DNA of 63,477 nucleotides, filler included, from Bigelowiella natans CCMP2755 (GCA_000320545.1; 6 parts of 6 records of this genome joined end to end with filler, not necessarily neighbours in it), one strand, 5' to 3'. Counted from the whole stretch's first letter, positions 37,513 to 50,501 are shown. The notes: a model not told the origin generated them from the sequence alone. A program made the numbers and translations.

Positions 37513-39629
37513 ATGGAGGACGATCCCTACAAGAAAAAGAAAGGCAGTCACTCCCGCAAGCAGAGCAGTACGGACTTAACGGACTACTTCTTCTTGAAGG
37601 GTTCATGCGTATTCCAAGCAGCAGAACCGCCGCTGCCAGCAATTTTCTACAACCCTCCTCAAACCACTTCTGCAAATGGCGAAGGGAAAGGTGGTGACGA
37701 TGATGCGGATCAATACAACCCTGACAGCAACCGCGCCTGTGCCGGTGGAGGCTGCTTCTTCGACTTTGACTTGCTGCTTCCACCTGTACCCGACAAAAGC
37801 AATCCGACCTTAAAGTTGAATGAGAAAGGTCACACACCTGGATGCTCTTCCCCTGGTACGCCCGTGTCTGCCTACAGCGGTTCATACAGCAGCGCGACCA
37901 CCCAATCAACGCTGGCGGGGCCCCGCCCCCTCCTCCATGAGCTCCAGAAAGCTGGAGGAGAAGAGGGAGAGGTACGAAGACGACCTTCGCCGAATGAGCA
38001 GGCAAACGCTGCAAATGTCCTTCATCAGAACCATTTCGGAAGCTACTTATCGAAATCCAACGTGCCAGGTACCGCTTTGCTTTGCATGTGTGAGAATTGT
38101 CCACAGCGATGCAGGGCCTGAGTGCACTATTCCGCTTCACATTCGAGTCACATTTTGTCTTTTTTCATAACCGTTGCAGCAGCGGAACCGACGAAGCCGC
38201 TGCAGCTACCGCCCTCGAGTATGCACCGGAACTCCAACACCTCAGATCTCAAGAGGTCCCGATTTAACAACAACAACAACAACAACAGCAGCCCTTCATC
38301 GGCAAGGACAAGGAAGAATTACAGCAACCATCACCATCCCAATTCGTCCTCCCCTCGGCATCCAGGCGGGAGTCCCTGCTTCAAAGGCGGCCGCCTGTAC
38401 GCCCAGCACCTCCAAACGAACAGCAGCAGCTACAGCAACACCGAGACAGCGCGAAGGGCCCTGGGGAACCTGCGCATCCACCCCCCAACGGGCAGCGAGA
38501 GCGACTCGGAGTTCTCCGTATCCGAGGACGCGCACACTGCTGTCTCTGGCGGAATCCGAATGCAGTCGCCCAAACGCAAAGGCCCCACCTCCTCAAACAA
38601 CCAGCCGGGAACGCCGAGGAAGAAAGTGCGCCGTCGGGCCAGTCCACAGTCGACCCCGCGCAAGGGCGGCAGGAGCTGCCGAATCCCGAAGAGCATCCGG
38701 CATCATGGCTCCCCCCTTCTTTCGCCCTCCTCCTTCTCCTCGCACACGGACATTGCGTCTCCAACTACCGCTGCTGACGCAGCGAGCAGCGTCAGTTATA
38801 GCGCGAGAAGCCGTAGTTTCTTTGATACGAGCGGTCTCTTCTCCCCGGCATCCTCGTGTAGCGAAGCGGTAGGTCTGCCTGTCGGTCCGGCGAGCTTCTT
38901 CAACGCTAGTACGGGGAGGGAGACGCCATCGGCTGGCAACAATTCATCGCTGCGACAACCGACCGCTGCAATAGCACCAGACCCCAAGCTCTCGCTCCCT
39001 CACCCGATCTTCCCTCCAGCAGTAACTGCTACTCTTAGAGCACAGGAGGAGGTGAAACAGCACCACCCTTGCTTCCCGGCCAAGAAAAAACATGTTTATG
39101 ATGCAGCAGCGGTTTCAGTTTCCGGAACGAATAACGTCGCTCAAAGGCCCGCTACCACCAGCAGCACCTCCCCCCCTCAGCCAAATGGACTCGTAGTAGG
39201 GAGGGACGAGGAGGGGAAGATTGCAAGTCACCTATCTCAGGAGGAAGATGTTTAAGCTGATTGCAACCTACAGCCCCTGCTCCCCCCCCGCCCCCTCCGC
39301 CCCTGCCTCCGCCACTCACCATCCAGAAGAAAGCGAGCAGCCCGATCATCACGGCAGATAGCCGACGGCACGGATTCACCATCCTCTCCCCCCGCGGCAT
39401 GGAGCGAAAGGGAATTCCGAGGCAGCCGGGGGCCCGGGCCTTCGAGTGCGACTACTGCGGGAAGGTCTGGTCGCAGCGGAGCAACGTCGTCGCCCACGTG
39501 CGCATCCACACGGGGGAGAAGCCGTTTGAGTGCGTGAAGTGCCCCAAGGCCTTCACGCAAAAGTCCAACCTCAAGCGCCATCTAAGGACGCGCCATGGCA
39601 GCAAGTACGAGGACCTCTACGAGAGCTAG
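37513..39629 (+). CDS. C2H2 zinc-finger protein (two C-terminal fingers) with a long disordered Ser/Pro-rich N-terminus
   Basis: Exons 37513-38068, 38180-39192 and 39327-39629 are phase consistent. The C-terminus [52 protein letters not shown] contains two canonical fingers and a TGEKP linker. Confidence 0.92.
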
Positions 39630-40168
39630 CGAATAGTGCCTCGCGGGGGTGTTCGCGAAGGGGGGGGGGGATGGGGGGGGGGGGGGGGGGGGGACTGGCT
39701 ACAAGATAGTGGCGTTGTTGTAAAGAGGAGAGGCATGCCGACTGGGTAGTCTCACCCTCCTCTTCCTTCTTCTTCTTTTTCTTCTTCCTCTCTTCTTCGT
39801 CTTCTTTTCAGGGGTAGGAGCAGATAGCATGGAACGGCAGCTAAGTGACGATGGCCTGCACGTGCTTCCTACCCTAAGAACCTTTTCATCTCTATTTTAG
39901 TAGTTTATCCGGTAAGTCCAACGCAGCTGCCATCGTTGCAGCTTTGCAATCCCGCATGGCAGATATATGCAATGCTATTCGTATTTAGTTTACCCTTTTT
40001 TTTTCCAACATTTGAAAAAGCAAGATCTCTCTCCCCTCACCTCCGCTCGCTCGCCCTCATATAAGTGCAGAGGCGGTTGCAATGACGGCGGATTATTTCT
40101 TCCTTCAGCAGTGGGAGAAGAGCTCACGGATGTTTGTATTTGTGAGAAAGAGAAACGTTTTCAAATTT

Positions 40169-40219
<51 letters not shown>

Positions 40220-40919
40220 TATAATCAATCTATAAACATGTAAATGCTAAAAGAGATATTCGAGTAATAATATTCATCTTTGATTGGAGATCCGATGAAG
40301 GATGGCTAGCTAATTCACCTGCGCCATCACGCGCACGAGTGCGTGCAGTAGTTTCCCAGTACTAACTGGATAGAAGTGCATCGATTTTTATTTAGTATAA
40401 ACATCATTTAACCCAAGAGTGGCTCTGCCCCCTCCCAGCTTTTTAGATTCGGTCTTCTCTACGGCACCAGTCGAAGGGTGGCGCGATTGGGCGGGCAGCT
40501 ACATTTCTCGGCGTCATATACCGAATCGTATCGTACTAAAAACCGAACAACTTTCCGAAATCAGAATAAATAGTATAGCGCTGCGGGGCCAGTGACAAGA
40601 TGCTTTTCCTTCGCTGTGAGGCTGGAATTCAGAGGCTTTCGCTTGAAAAGCCATGGTGGAAGTGTGACCGCCAAAAGTTACTGTTGTCCATCGAGCCGAC
40701 GGCTGCGCATACAGCAGCAGCTTGCTCGAGCATCTTCGCCTCCTTTAGTGAGAATTAATAAAACAGTCGATGAGTAAATGCAGCAAACGATTAATATTCT
40801 TATGAATATTTTAGTGTTGTTTGAATGAGCGTTTGCTGAGCACGGCTACACATGAGCACACAGTGCATTCATACGAACGCTTCCCATACTAGCCTCGGAT
40901 CGCAAGTCGTTAGACTCGC

Positions 40920-41820
40920 ATGCACTTGCAAGCTAGCATGACCTGATAGCTTGTGCCGCGCACTCTAGTCTAGCTAGCTAGCTAGGCTAATTGGCAGTAT
41001 GTAGTGTTAGCTCAGAGCTAGCTAGAGTGATGATTGTGCCATGCTAGCATGATGGCTAGATGGGTAGCTAGATCTAGAGATGGCTAGATGGAACACATCC
41101 AGAAACACTAGCTAGCTAGACATCCTTGAGATGTGCATCTAGCTAGCTGCTAGCTAGCTACTAGCTAGCTAGGCCGACGCCACACTCTGGCACTCTAGCA
41201 CTGCTAGCTATCTAGACTGCTCTCCAGCTCTGCTAGTCTGGTGCTCTACATGGCTAGCTCTGGAGCTAAAGATTGCTAGCTGTCATCAGATCTAGATGAG
41301 ATCGATCTCTTAGACGTGCTAGCGTGCTAGCTGCTAGACAGCATCACCTCGCATGCAACTACTCGGTCTAGCTAGCTAGTACTGCTAGACTGCTGCGCAC
41401 TGATTTCACTCTAGTACTTCATAATCACTGTCTGCTAGTCTAGCTAGCTCTAGAGCTAGTAGTCTGGCGGTCCGCACTACTAGACTATTGAGAGCTAGCT
41501 AGCTAGCGCTGTGGATTGCTGCGCAGCGCGCATCCGTCTAGCTAGCTCTAGCTCTAACAGCTAGCTAGGCGTGACAAACCATGGGAAAATATCTCATTTA
41601 GTCATCATGCATGCATTTCGCTCTAGCGCTAGCTAGCTAGCTAGATACATCGCACTTCTAGATTTGGTAGCGCTTGCATCTTTAGCTGGTTCTGGCTGCT
41701 GTAGGTCTAGTGTCTAGTACACATGTACTCCGCTAGCTAGCGAGCTAGCGCTGCACTAGCTAGCTAGTACTAGCCGGCGTGCCTCTAGCAGCTATAGGCC
41801 TGCCAGCCAATCAAAGCTAA
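40920..41820. repeat. CTAG/GCTAGC-rich degenerate tract
   Basis: A hand count gives about 25 CTAG in 40921-41220, against roughly 1 expected at 1/256 per position. No ORF. Confidence 0.9.
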
Positions 41821-42034
41821 AAAGCTGCTGCAAATGGCAGCATGCTGGTATGGCGCATCTACAGTGCGGAGTGCTACATTCTATATAGTTCTGGCATTGA
41901 GCGCAAATTTTCCAATATTAGTTTGCACGCACAGACAAGCTTGCGCATCTTCATGCAGCTTTTGATACAGGTATTGAGTAAATTAATAATAGATAATCGT
42001 GTTTATGCCAATGCAAACGATCCGGGAGTAGGGC

Positions 42035-42134
42035 NNNNNNNNNNNNNNNNNNNNNNNNNNNNNNNNNNNNNNNNNNNNTTAATTAATTAANNNNNNNNNN
42101 NNNNNNNNNNNNNNNNNNNNNNNNNNNNNNNNNN
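42035..42134. other. Artificial contig linker
   Basis: N44-TTAATTAATTAA-N44. Confidence 0.99.
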
Positions 42135-42157
42135 TCTCTCTCTCTCTCTCTCTACTC

Positions 42158-42224
<67 letters not shown>

Positions 42225-42279
42225 CGTGTGTGTGTGTGTGCGTGCGTCGTACGAACAATATCTCCCCATCCCCCTTCCC

Positions 42280-42708
42280 TTTTCCCATTCAGAACTAATG
42301 CAACCTCTCTACCTTTGAGTCGCATGACAGGGGGGGGATAGCTGCTTGGAACGGCGTGGGAGGCCGTTGCAGCGGTTGCGGCAATGGCCGCAGACGCCCA
42401 CCCCCCGAACGCAGCGTTTGCCGATGTGCTCGAGGGGGGCGGGGAGGAGTGTGCGTATCCGCCGCCCGCACGTTCGTCATATCGATTTGCATGATGACGT
42501 CGGCGGTGATAGTGCTGGTAGTGCTGGCGACCCAAGCTACTACTGTTTCCTCCCCCCGCCGCCGCCCCCTTGGCCACCATCCTTGCCGTGCTGCGCCGCA
42601 CGTTCTTCTCCCCTCCCACGCCGCCACCGTTGCTGCTGCTGCTGCTCCCGGTGCCGAGGCCATTTGAGTCGGAGGAGTGGGGGGAGGGGGAAAGAGGCCG
42701 GCTAAAAA

Positions 42709-42747
<39 letters not shown>

Positions 42748-44289
42748 TATACTAAGTGGATAATCTCGCTACAAAGCACCCGCCCCTCCCCCCCCGCCCT
42801 TCGTTCGTAAACTCAATAGCAAAAGTAGTCAGCGAAAGCTTTCAAGCAACCCCCCTCAACCACCTTCCCCATCATTCCTACACCTCCTCCATGATCGCCT
42901 TCCTCACCTGCATGTCGCGGTAGTTGCTGTCGAGCTCCCATTGCCATTTCCATGGCCATTCCCGTTGCTGCAGAAGGGGGGAGGGGGGGGGGGGGGGGGG
43001 GGTTGAAAAAAGTTGTTAGTTACTGCGCCTAAACGTGCATACGATGATGTGCTTTCAATTACTGTCTATGGTGCGACGCTGTGGATGCCTCCCCATTTCC
43101 AGAAGAGAGAGCAGGAGAGGAGGCGGAGGAGGAGGAGGCGGACCCCTGATTGAGTGTATTGTGATTTATTAGGGGAGTATGGAGGGGGAAGGGGGGGGAG
43201 AGGGGGGGGGGACACCGGCAAAATATCTAAGGACGTATCTGATTAAAGATGCTTAATTTTCGTAACCACAAAGCAAAACTCTTCAAAATATGTAAGCAAA
43301 CTCCAAGGGATTGCTTCTATAGACACGGCACCGCGGAGGAGACAATAAGTTGTGACTTCCGTCTCCTTCCTCCCCAATCCTCCCGCCCCTCCTCTCATCG
43401 GACAAAACTACCGCGAATTCAGTCCGAAAAATACATTTTCAGATGGCCTGGCGGCTAGAAGGGGCAGCGGGTTTATTTTTTGAAAAAAAATCTGATGAAC
43501 CTTGCCATGGCCATTGTGGGAGATAGGTACGATAGTAGCTTCCTTCGCCAGAATTTCTGATGCATCGCAGGCAGGCACTTCCTTTGCGTGGCCATTGTGC
43601 GTTGGTTTGTGGCCGTTGCGGCGAATCTTAGTCTGAGATCCAGCAGAGCCACCATTCCTAAGATAATTCACGTGCAAGACCCCCCCCTTCTCGCTGCCGT
43701 TTATGTGCTGGTGGCCATTGTACTTGCTGCTGTTGTTGGTATTTGTCTTGTGATTGCTACCCCCGCCGTGCAACCCCCTCTCGTGCTTCCGGAGAGAGCG
43801 ATGGTGGCGTTTCTTGGTATCATATGACCTGGTCTCGTCCTCCTCAAGGTTGTCGGGACTGCTCTCGTTCATCATGCACTCAGGAGAGGAGGAGTTATAC
43901 GGATCTTTTAATGAGTTGAGGCTCCTAAATCCTGATGATGCGGCCTCTCTGCCGGTTATCCTGTGGCTTTTCTCAGCGTTAAAGCCCTCTGCGGTGCTTG
44001 ACTTATTTTTGCCGGGGCCGCTGGCTCTCCTCCACTTCGTCCCGCTGTTGAAGCCATTGCGCACCAGATTCTGGCCGCTGAGCTCACTGGCGGGGGGGCG
44101 GTCTTTCCGGTTGTTGTGGTACTTTCCGCTGCTGACCCCTTTGTTCATACCACTCCAGGAGTTTCTATTGCTGCTGTTGTTGTGGCCATTCACCCGCACT
44201 CCTGCATCCCCATTGCCTTCCAATGTTTGGGCAGCCTGAACTAAAATGTTTACGCCGGGCCTGCTACTTACACGCCCCGGCATGCTCAT
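42280..44289 (-). CDS. Hypothetical low-complexity (Asn/Ser/Gly/His-rich) protein, 3'-truncated
   Basis: The 43408-44289 ORF is open to a GT donor after ...SHNGHGK. Further exons lie at ~43000-43150, ~42900-42970 and ~42280-42620. No domain recognised. Confidence 0.55.
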
Positions 44290-45244
44290 GGCTCTGCCAA
44301 CTGATTTCTTTGCAGGTTTCTCCTCTCTCTATATATTTCTTACACTATATAGCCCCTTTTTAGCTTCCCTCCCTAGCGCGATATCCTCTTTCAGGAGGGG
44401 GAGGAGGAGGGGAGGCACAATGAGGGCCGTATGTGTATATTGCTTTTCTTGTGTTTTTTCTTTTTCTTGCACAATGGCAAACGTATTTTCAGACTGGAGG
44501 AGGACACAAGCGGCCCAAAAAAAAAGGAATCTCCAGAAAATACCTCGAATGGAATCCATTTTTACTATATTTGAGACATTTTCTTTTGCCGCTCGCAGTG
44601 GATTAGGCCCCTCCTTGCGGACGTTACTATCCCTAATTCCCAAAACCCCCCTCGAGTCTGATTTGAGTGTTGTCTCGATGTAAAATATCCCGAAGTTTTC
44701 GGGTGTTGGGTGCCGAAGGGAAATAAAAAGGGCCCAGATTTTTGGCGAAAGCTGGGGTTCTGGGCGCCCCCGCTGCCTTGGAGATAACACTGAAATGGAG
44801 CGGATGGTGGCAGGCCAATTATCGGATAGAAATGAGAAAATGCGCCCAGGAACACCCTAAAACCTCCTGCACTCGTCGCTAAAAGCCACTGTGTAAAAAG
44901 CCCTATTCTACGAGAGACATCGAAGGTATATAGGCGTTCGATTTTGTACTGATAGAGCTTACTTTCATGCAAGGAGAGAGAGACATAGGATATCAACGAG
45001 ACATTGTTTTACAATACACACGAGAAAAATTGACAATTTTTCGGCTAGATCTATTTAGCCCCTAATTTCATGCGGTTTTTTTTGAAAACACAGCCTCATT
45101 TGAAAGGATCACAGGCTTCACCAGGGGGGAGATACTGTTCCGATATTTTTGTCATAGCGAATTTTTCGGCCCAAGAAACCCCGCTTCTCCAGCAGAAAAC
45201 CTCCCTTGATTTGGCCCAAATTCCCATTTTGCCGAAAAGATATC

Positions 45245-45280
45245 GTGTGATCTTTTGTGTGATCTTTTGTGTGATCTTCT
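45245..45280. repeat. 12-bp tandem repeat x3 (GTGTGATCTTTT)
   Basis: gtgtgatctttt gtgtgatctttt gtgtgatcttct, read directly from the sequence. Confidence 0.9.
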
Positions 45281-45361
45281 CCATGTCATGGGGTGCCATG
45301 GTTGTCCTTTTACTGCACTGTTTACTGTGAAAGTCGAGTCGCTTGGCCGCTAAGATCGACG

Positions 45362-46718
45362 ATGTCCGACAAACTTACATCATCTACAAAAAGGGTCGAA
45401 ATCCTAGGAAATCCTCAGTCGCAAAATAAAAATATTCTGTAGTTGTGGCGAAGATCTAAGAGTTTCTGTTTTAGAAAATCGGCTCCGAGAAAATCGAGAA
45501 GACATTGAGCACAATTCATCTAATTATCTTTGTAGATCTACGACCATTCCAGACGGTCTTTTTCGAGAGATTGTTAGGTGGGGATACAGTTTCTGCCTCC
45601 TTTGAAGCTACGTCTGAATGAGGAAGTCAATAAGTATCTTTTGCTGCCCAAAGACGGACATCAGATTCTCGATCAAACAGTATTTCCCCCGCCACGCAAA
45701 ACTCAAGAGCTTGGTTCCTGCTCTCCCGCAATACTTACATCCAGCCCCTTTCCTCGAGCAGCTAAGGTGGGCGGTTGATCACTACGTGCAGCTCCAAGGA
45801 AATCTATACACTGTACACGGTTGTACAACGCGACGAAAAGAACTCAACGCGTCATCGTTGGGTGCAACTCACAGGGCCAAGCAAGGTTGCAAAGACCTCA
45901 GCAGCAAAGTATATTGCCCAGCATCTGAAGCTCTACGACATCGAAGGACCTGACGGCGTCTTTTGGGTAGGAACAGCACGTATTATTCACCTACGAACTG
46001 AAAGATCTGTGTTAAGACTGTATTTTCCTGCACGATTCCCACACACAAGTTCCAGGCGGAAAGAGTCGAGACGAAGTGGTGCAAAACTTCATGAAGGCTC
46101 TTCCCGATATGAAGTCTTCGCACATGGAGAAAGTCGAAAAGCTAGTTCCATACGAGAATCAAAAGATTCTTCACGGAATTTTTGGGCCCCGTACTCATGG
46201 TATGTGACAACTCGCTTCTACTTTCTCTTAAATGTAAATTGCTGGCATTTTTAAACAATATGTATCTACCCAGATCATCGATGGCGCAGATAACGTGAAA
46301 GTCGAAGATCGAGCGAAGCTCTTCGAGGATTTAATTGATCTGCCAAGACTACACATACTAACAACATCCACAAAATTCGATCCAGCTGCAGGGCTTCGAC
46401 TCCAATGTATGGCTTTTGTTAGATGCGTGTTGTCGTAATTTTCATTGTGCTTCGCATGTTAATCAGTTCACGGACTTCTTATAACAACAATTAATTCATT
46501 CTTTAATAGAAAGAAAACCTAACGCTGAAGGCTTGGCCCAAGATATTCTTTAGGGATTTTTCCAAGATGAGGGCAAACGATTATTTGGATGATTCATTTG
46601 AGAAGCTGATAGAAGACGGAATTCGGATTGAGCATTTCAGAAAACTGTATGGTACGTTCCACATTTCCATGGTTTATATTTCTTCACAGTTTCATTTTTA
46701 ATTAAGCATTGTGGTCAC

Positions 46719-46761
<43 letters not shown>

Positions 46762-46919
46762 CGTTGGTATCAGCGTCCGAGGATTTCAAAGATAAACACA
46801 AGAATCCCCACATTGCACATCTTGTCGAGAAACGGCACAAGAAATGCGTTGATGTGAACGATGCTAAGACCATCAGAGAAAACAAGGATTACTTGATCGA
46901 CGTGTTCAATGAATTGTGA
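45362..46919 (+). CDS. STAND-class (NB-ARC/NACHT-like) P-loop NTPase, short, with a variant Walker A; apparent frame disruptions
   Basis: WVQLTGPSKVAKTSAAKYIAQHL (Walker A region, 45859-45927), DGVFWV, GPVLM|IIDGAD (Walker B across the intron 46200-46273) and RLHILTTS (sensor-1-like) occur in NB-ARC order. The last exon ends ...YLIDVFNEL* at 46919. The start is uncertain. Confidence 0.7.
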
Positions 46920-48978
46920 TGTCTACGGTGCTTCGTTGATGAATTGACAAACTGAACAATGAGAATAAACGCAATGAAGTTTACTGCAAAGTCTTGATCT
47001 AGATGTTTGTGATTGCACATTGATCGAAGATGGTTTGCCACTTCTAGACTTGGTGGTGATCAGAATCGATGCATCATTTCAATTCTGGAATTTAGGTTTG
47101 TTCATTTTTCAAACCTGACGATTTCAAGTGATCATTGCATCATGTTTTCGTCGTTTTTTGGTTCCACGCTAGCGCGGTGTTTTCCTGAAGATGCGATGCA
47201 ATCCGACGATTGTGTCTACGTGTGGTGTGCGCGCCGTTCATCAACAACTCTGGAGCTGCATTGCCCAAACAGCCAGCGATCTTGCTCTGCACAACCAGCA
47301 TTAGCGCATCACAAATTGAAGCAGTTCATGTTCCTTGCTCACAGCGTCAAGCTGTCATGCTGGAAGTTTCATTTCTCATGACAAGTCTCCTGGAAGTCGC
47401 AAGCTGCATGGCACTTGCAGCTGACTAGCTCTAGAGCTGACGCACGGGCAACAAGCCAACAACAGCGCAGGGGCACTCATCCATCAAGAGCACAAAGATT
47501 GGAATGCCCCGTTGCTTGAAGCAGTTCCATCATTGACCTTCATGCAACCAACGTGACGCTTCGGATCTTGGAGGTGCCAACCAGCCAACCAAGCTCACCC
47601 CAGCACACGAAAGTGTCACGAAAGAAAGAAACATTGAAATGTTGAAACACCAATCACGATTAGACACTCAACACAATGCACAAACAACACGGTGGACAGC
47701 ACACACGCTGCGCTGCTTGTGACGACGTGAAGACGCGCCTCGAACGAGCAACCATGCAGAGCAACAACTGCGACTCCTGTTTCCAGGAACAAATCGGCTT
47801 GTTGCCTTGTCTCTCGCAAAAATCCGCCTGTGATCACCAACCAGGAGCTGTTTTTTACGGGAGAGTTCCTCTTCGCAGTGAAGCGTTGTTCCCATCGAGC
47901 TGATGCTTTTCAGCGGACATGCAGGAGGGAATACGCTGTGCAATTTCCTTCTGCGTCATCGGAAAATTCTCGTCGTAGGACAGATTCGGTCTGGGTTTTA
48001 GGATTTTCTTCGGAAAAACAATCGCAAAATAGGAACAACATCTGGCGGCGACTACCTCCTAGCAGGTGGGAGGAGCAGAAGGGCTTGTGATTAACGATGG
48101 GAAACTGTTGCTCGCATCCTCAGCGAGGTGCGAGGCTTAGAGGTGGGACGCCTAGGAGTGATGGGGGGGATAGCAGCGATGAGGACGGTCGGAAAGGAGG
48201 AGCAGGGGTTCAATCTATCAGGAAGAGATTCACGAAGAAGCAGCAGCAAAGTGAAAGGTAGAAGACGATCGACGGCATGCATCCTTCCTTCGAAGTGCTT
48301 CCGCTAGTTGAAAAATGTGCTCCGACGAAGTGCGCTATCGACTGTTTTGTAGAGAGTGCGCGTGATTTATCTACATATACATACACATATCATATACTCA
48401 TCACATTTACTATTCCTCCATGTGCACTTGTGTGTTTCTGGGGTTGCCGTTATGTCCGTATTACTTGTACCCGCGTAACGTTGAGAGAACGCAATCTTTT
48501 TTGTGACACATAAATATCCAGTAGAGCCCCTTCGTCATCGTCGTCATCAAGGACACACCATAAAAAGGGAAAGAAAGCTGCTGCAACTGGGGGAAACACT
48601 GCCTCTAGAGTGAAATCATGGTAATTGCTGCATTGTTGTGCAAACCACGTAATTTACACACTCGCAGCGCAGTGTACAGGATTCTATATGCGTTTTCTAA
48701 ATAGGTCGAAGAAGCAAGAGCGCACGAAGAACGCGATGAAAAGCAGCGACACAGCAAAGGAGCGAAAATTCAAATTCCAGGTCAACGCACACTAACAGCT
48801 GGCCACGAAAGCAATGCACTACAGCAATTTAAGCGTCAAGATGTACGTGCAATCTCTTCCCCTCCCCCATCTTTATCGGGAGATATCGCGAGCCCAGTAT
48901 GGTCATTCTCCCGCTTTTCTGCATCGAAGGTAAAGCAGACGCCGGATACAAGCAGGGCTGTCGCGCCTCAGGATATCG

Positions 48979-49938
48979 TCAAATCGGCGCAAACCGTTCT
49001 GTTTCAAAAAGAGGTCCATAGACTGTTCCCTCAACCGACGAATCACAGATCTTCATCCGAGCAAATCGTCCGTGGCATATTTCATCCTGCGACGCGCCGG
49101 GCGGCAGTGTAACGATGCAGCCGTAAAATGGCCGCCGCCGCCGCCGCCGCTTTTCCCCTATTTTCACATACAAGTCGCGCTTTCGAATCTCCGCGATATA
49201 GCTTCCCTGCATGGCTGAGGGCGACTAACGTTGACTTTGACTCTGGTTTCACACACACCCCTCCCCTTTGGTTGGCCTGCGTCGTTTTCCCCCACCCACA
49301 CAAACAGGACGATTCGTCGGCAGTGGGGCTAGGGACGGAGGGGAGAAGAAAAATGTTTATCAGGAACGCTGCATCCTTGAATAAGGTAAGGAATCTGCAA
49401 TGATATGAGTATGCGAGCGAGGAAACGCTTTTCACGTATTTTCGCGGGAAAGTGTGTGTGTGGTAGAGGGAGAGGGTTAGGCCTCTATGATGCGTCGTCA
49501 CGTACATTTCTGCTCGCCGAGAGGTCTCATCTCCTCGGTCATTGCCCTGATTACACGAATATCCGGGGGGGGGGTCGGGGGATTAGGGGGATTGCGCAGG
49601 TTGACGAGGATCATTTCGCAGCTATGAAACGAAGAAAGCAGAGATCGATCCCGACTATGGACAAAGAACGCAAGTAGTAGTAGTTGTAGCAGTAGTAGTA
49701 GTAGTCGTAGTAGTAGTAGTAGTAGTAGTAGTAACAGCAGTAGCAGTGGTAGTGGTGGTTATACGATAGCGACAGTAGTGGTGATGGCGTTAAGTCGGAA
49801 AAGAATTAAATCCGCAATGGTACTTGAAGTAGCATCGATGTTAGCTGTGAAGGGGATCGATGACAAGCATTGCCTTTATCTCATTGCGGCATCGACGCGT
49901 CTTAACCCCCCTCCTCTTCCCCTCCCCCTCCTTTGTTC

Positions 49939-49969
<31 letters not shown>

Positions 49970-50400
49970 GTTCTTCTACTTTTTCTTTCCCTCGCATCTA
50001 ATGCCCCCCCCCTCCCCCTCCATCGACAGGAAAAAAGCAACTGACGTGATTAAGAAGATGACGCAGAAGGGGAGGATAGAACAACAGGTAGTTGAGGCAG
50101 CAGGCTCAAAACCTGTTGTTTCCCATTCTTCCGCACCCCCTTCCCCCCCCCTCCCCCCGTTTCCCGCCGCCCTCCTGACTGAGCTCCCCTTCCGTGCTAA
50201 GGCAACACCGGCAGCATCTTCCTCCACCAATTCCTTCGTTCTTTGCCTCTCTCCCCCCCCCCCCCCCCTGTCCTGCGCGTTTCCCACTTCTTCCAGGAGA
50301 TGGAGAAAATCACAAGCGGAGGGGCCCAGTTCGCGGATCTTCTGGAAAAGCAGCTGGACAATCTGACACAGAGCGGATGCGACGGGGATGAGGTGTAGAG
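48979..50400 (-). CDS. Hypothetical multi-exon protein, 5'-truncated by the contig end; may extend further 3' toward ~47600
   Basis: Exon-like open blocks: IVQLLFQKIRELGPSACDFLHLLEE (~50290-50365), ANIDATSSTIADLILFRLNAIT, CEMILVNLRNPP...EEMRPLGEQK, and YIAEIRKRDLYVKIGE...FYGCIVTLPPG...RFAPI*. Confidence 0.4.
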
Positions 50401-50401
50401 C

Positions 50402-50501
50402 NNNNNNNNNNNNNNNNNNNNNNNNNNNNNNNNNNNNNNNNNNNNTTAATTAATTAANNNNNNNNNNNNNNNNNNNNNNNNNNNNNNNNNNNNNNNNNNN
50501 N
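50402..50501. other. Artificial contig linker
   Basis: N44-TTAATTAATTAA-N44. Confidence 0.99.

Noticed and set aside
39192-39327. Apparent frameshift between the zinc-finger ORFs 38122-39255 and 39261-39629
   Set aside because: A phase-0 GT-AG intron (39193-39326) with a pyrimidine tract resolves it.
40920-41820. CTAG tract as a CRISPR array or MITE cluster
   Set aside because: There is no constant repeat-spacer period and no terminal inverted repeats or target-site duplications that I could identify.
48979-50400. Possible MyTH4-FERM or paladin-like identity for the orphan minus-strand gene
   Set aside because: Only two- or three-residue resemblances; no diagnostic motif.
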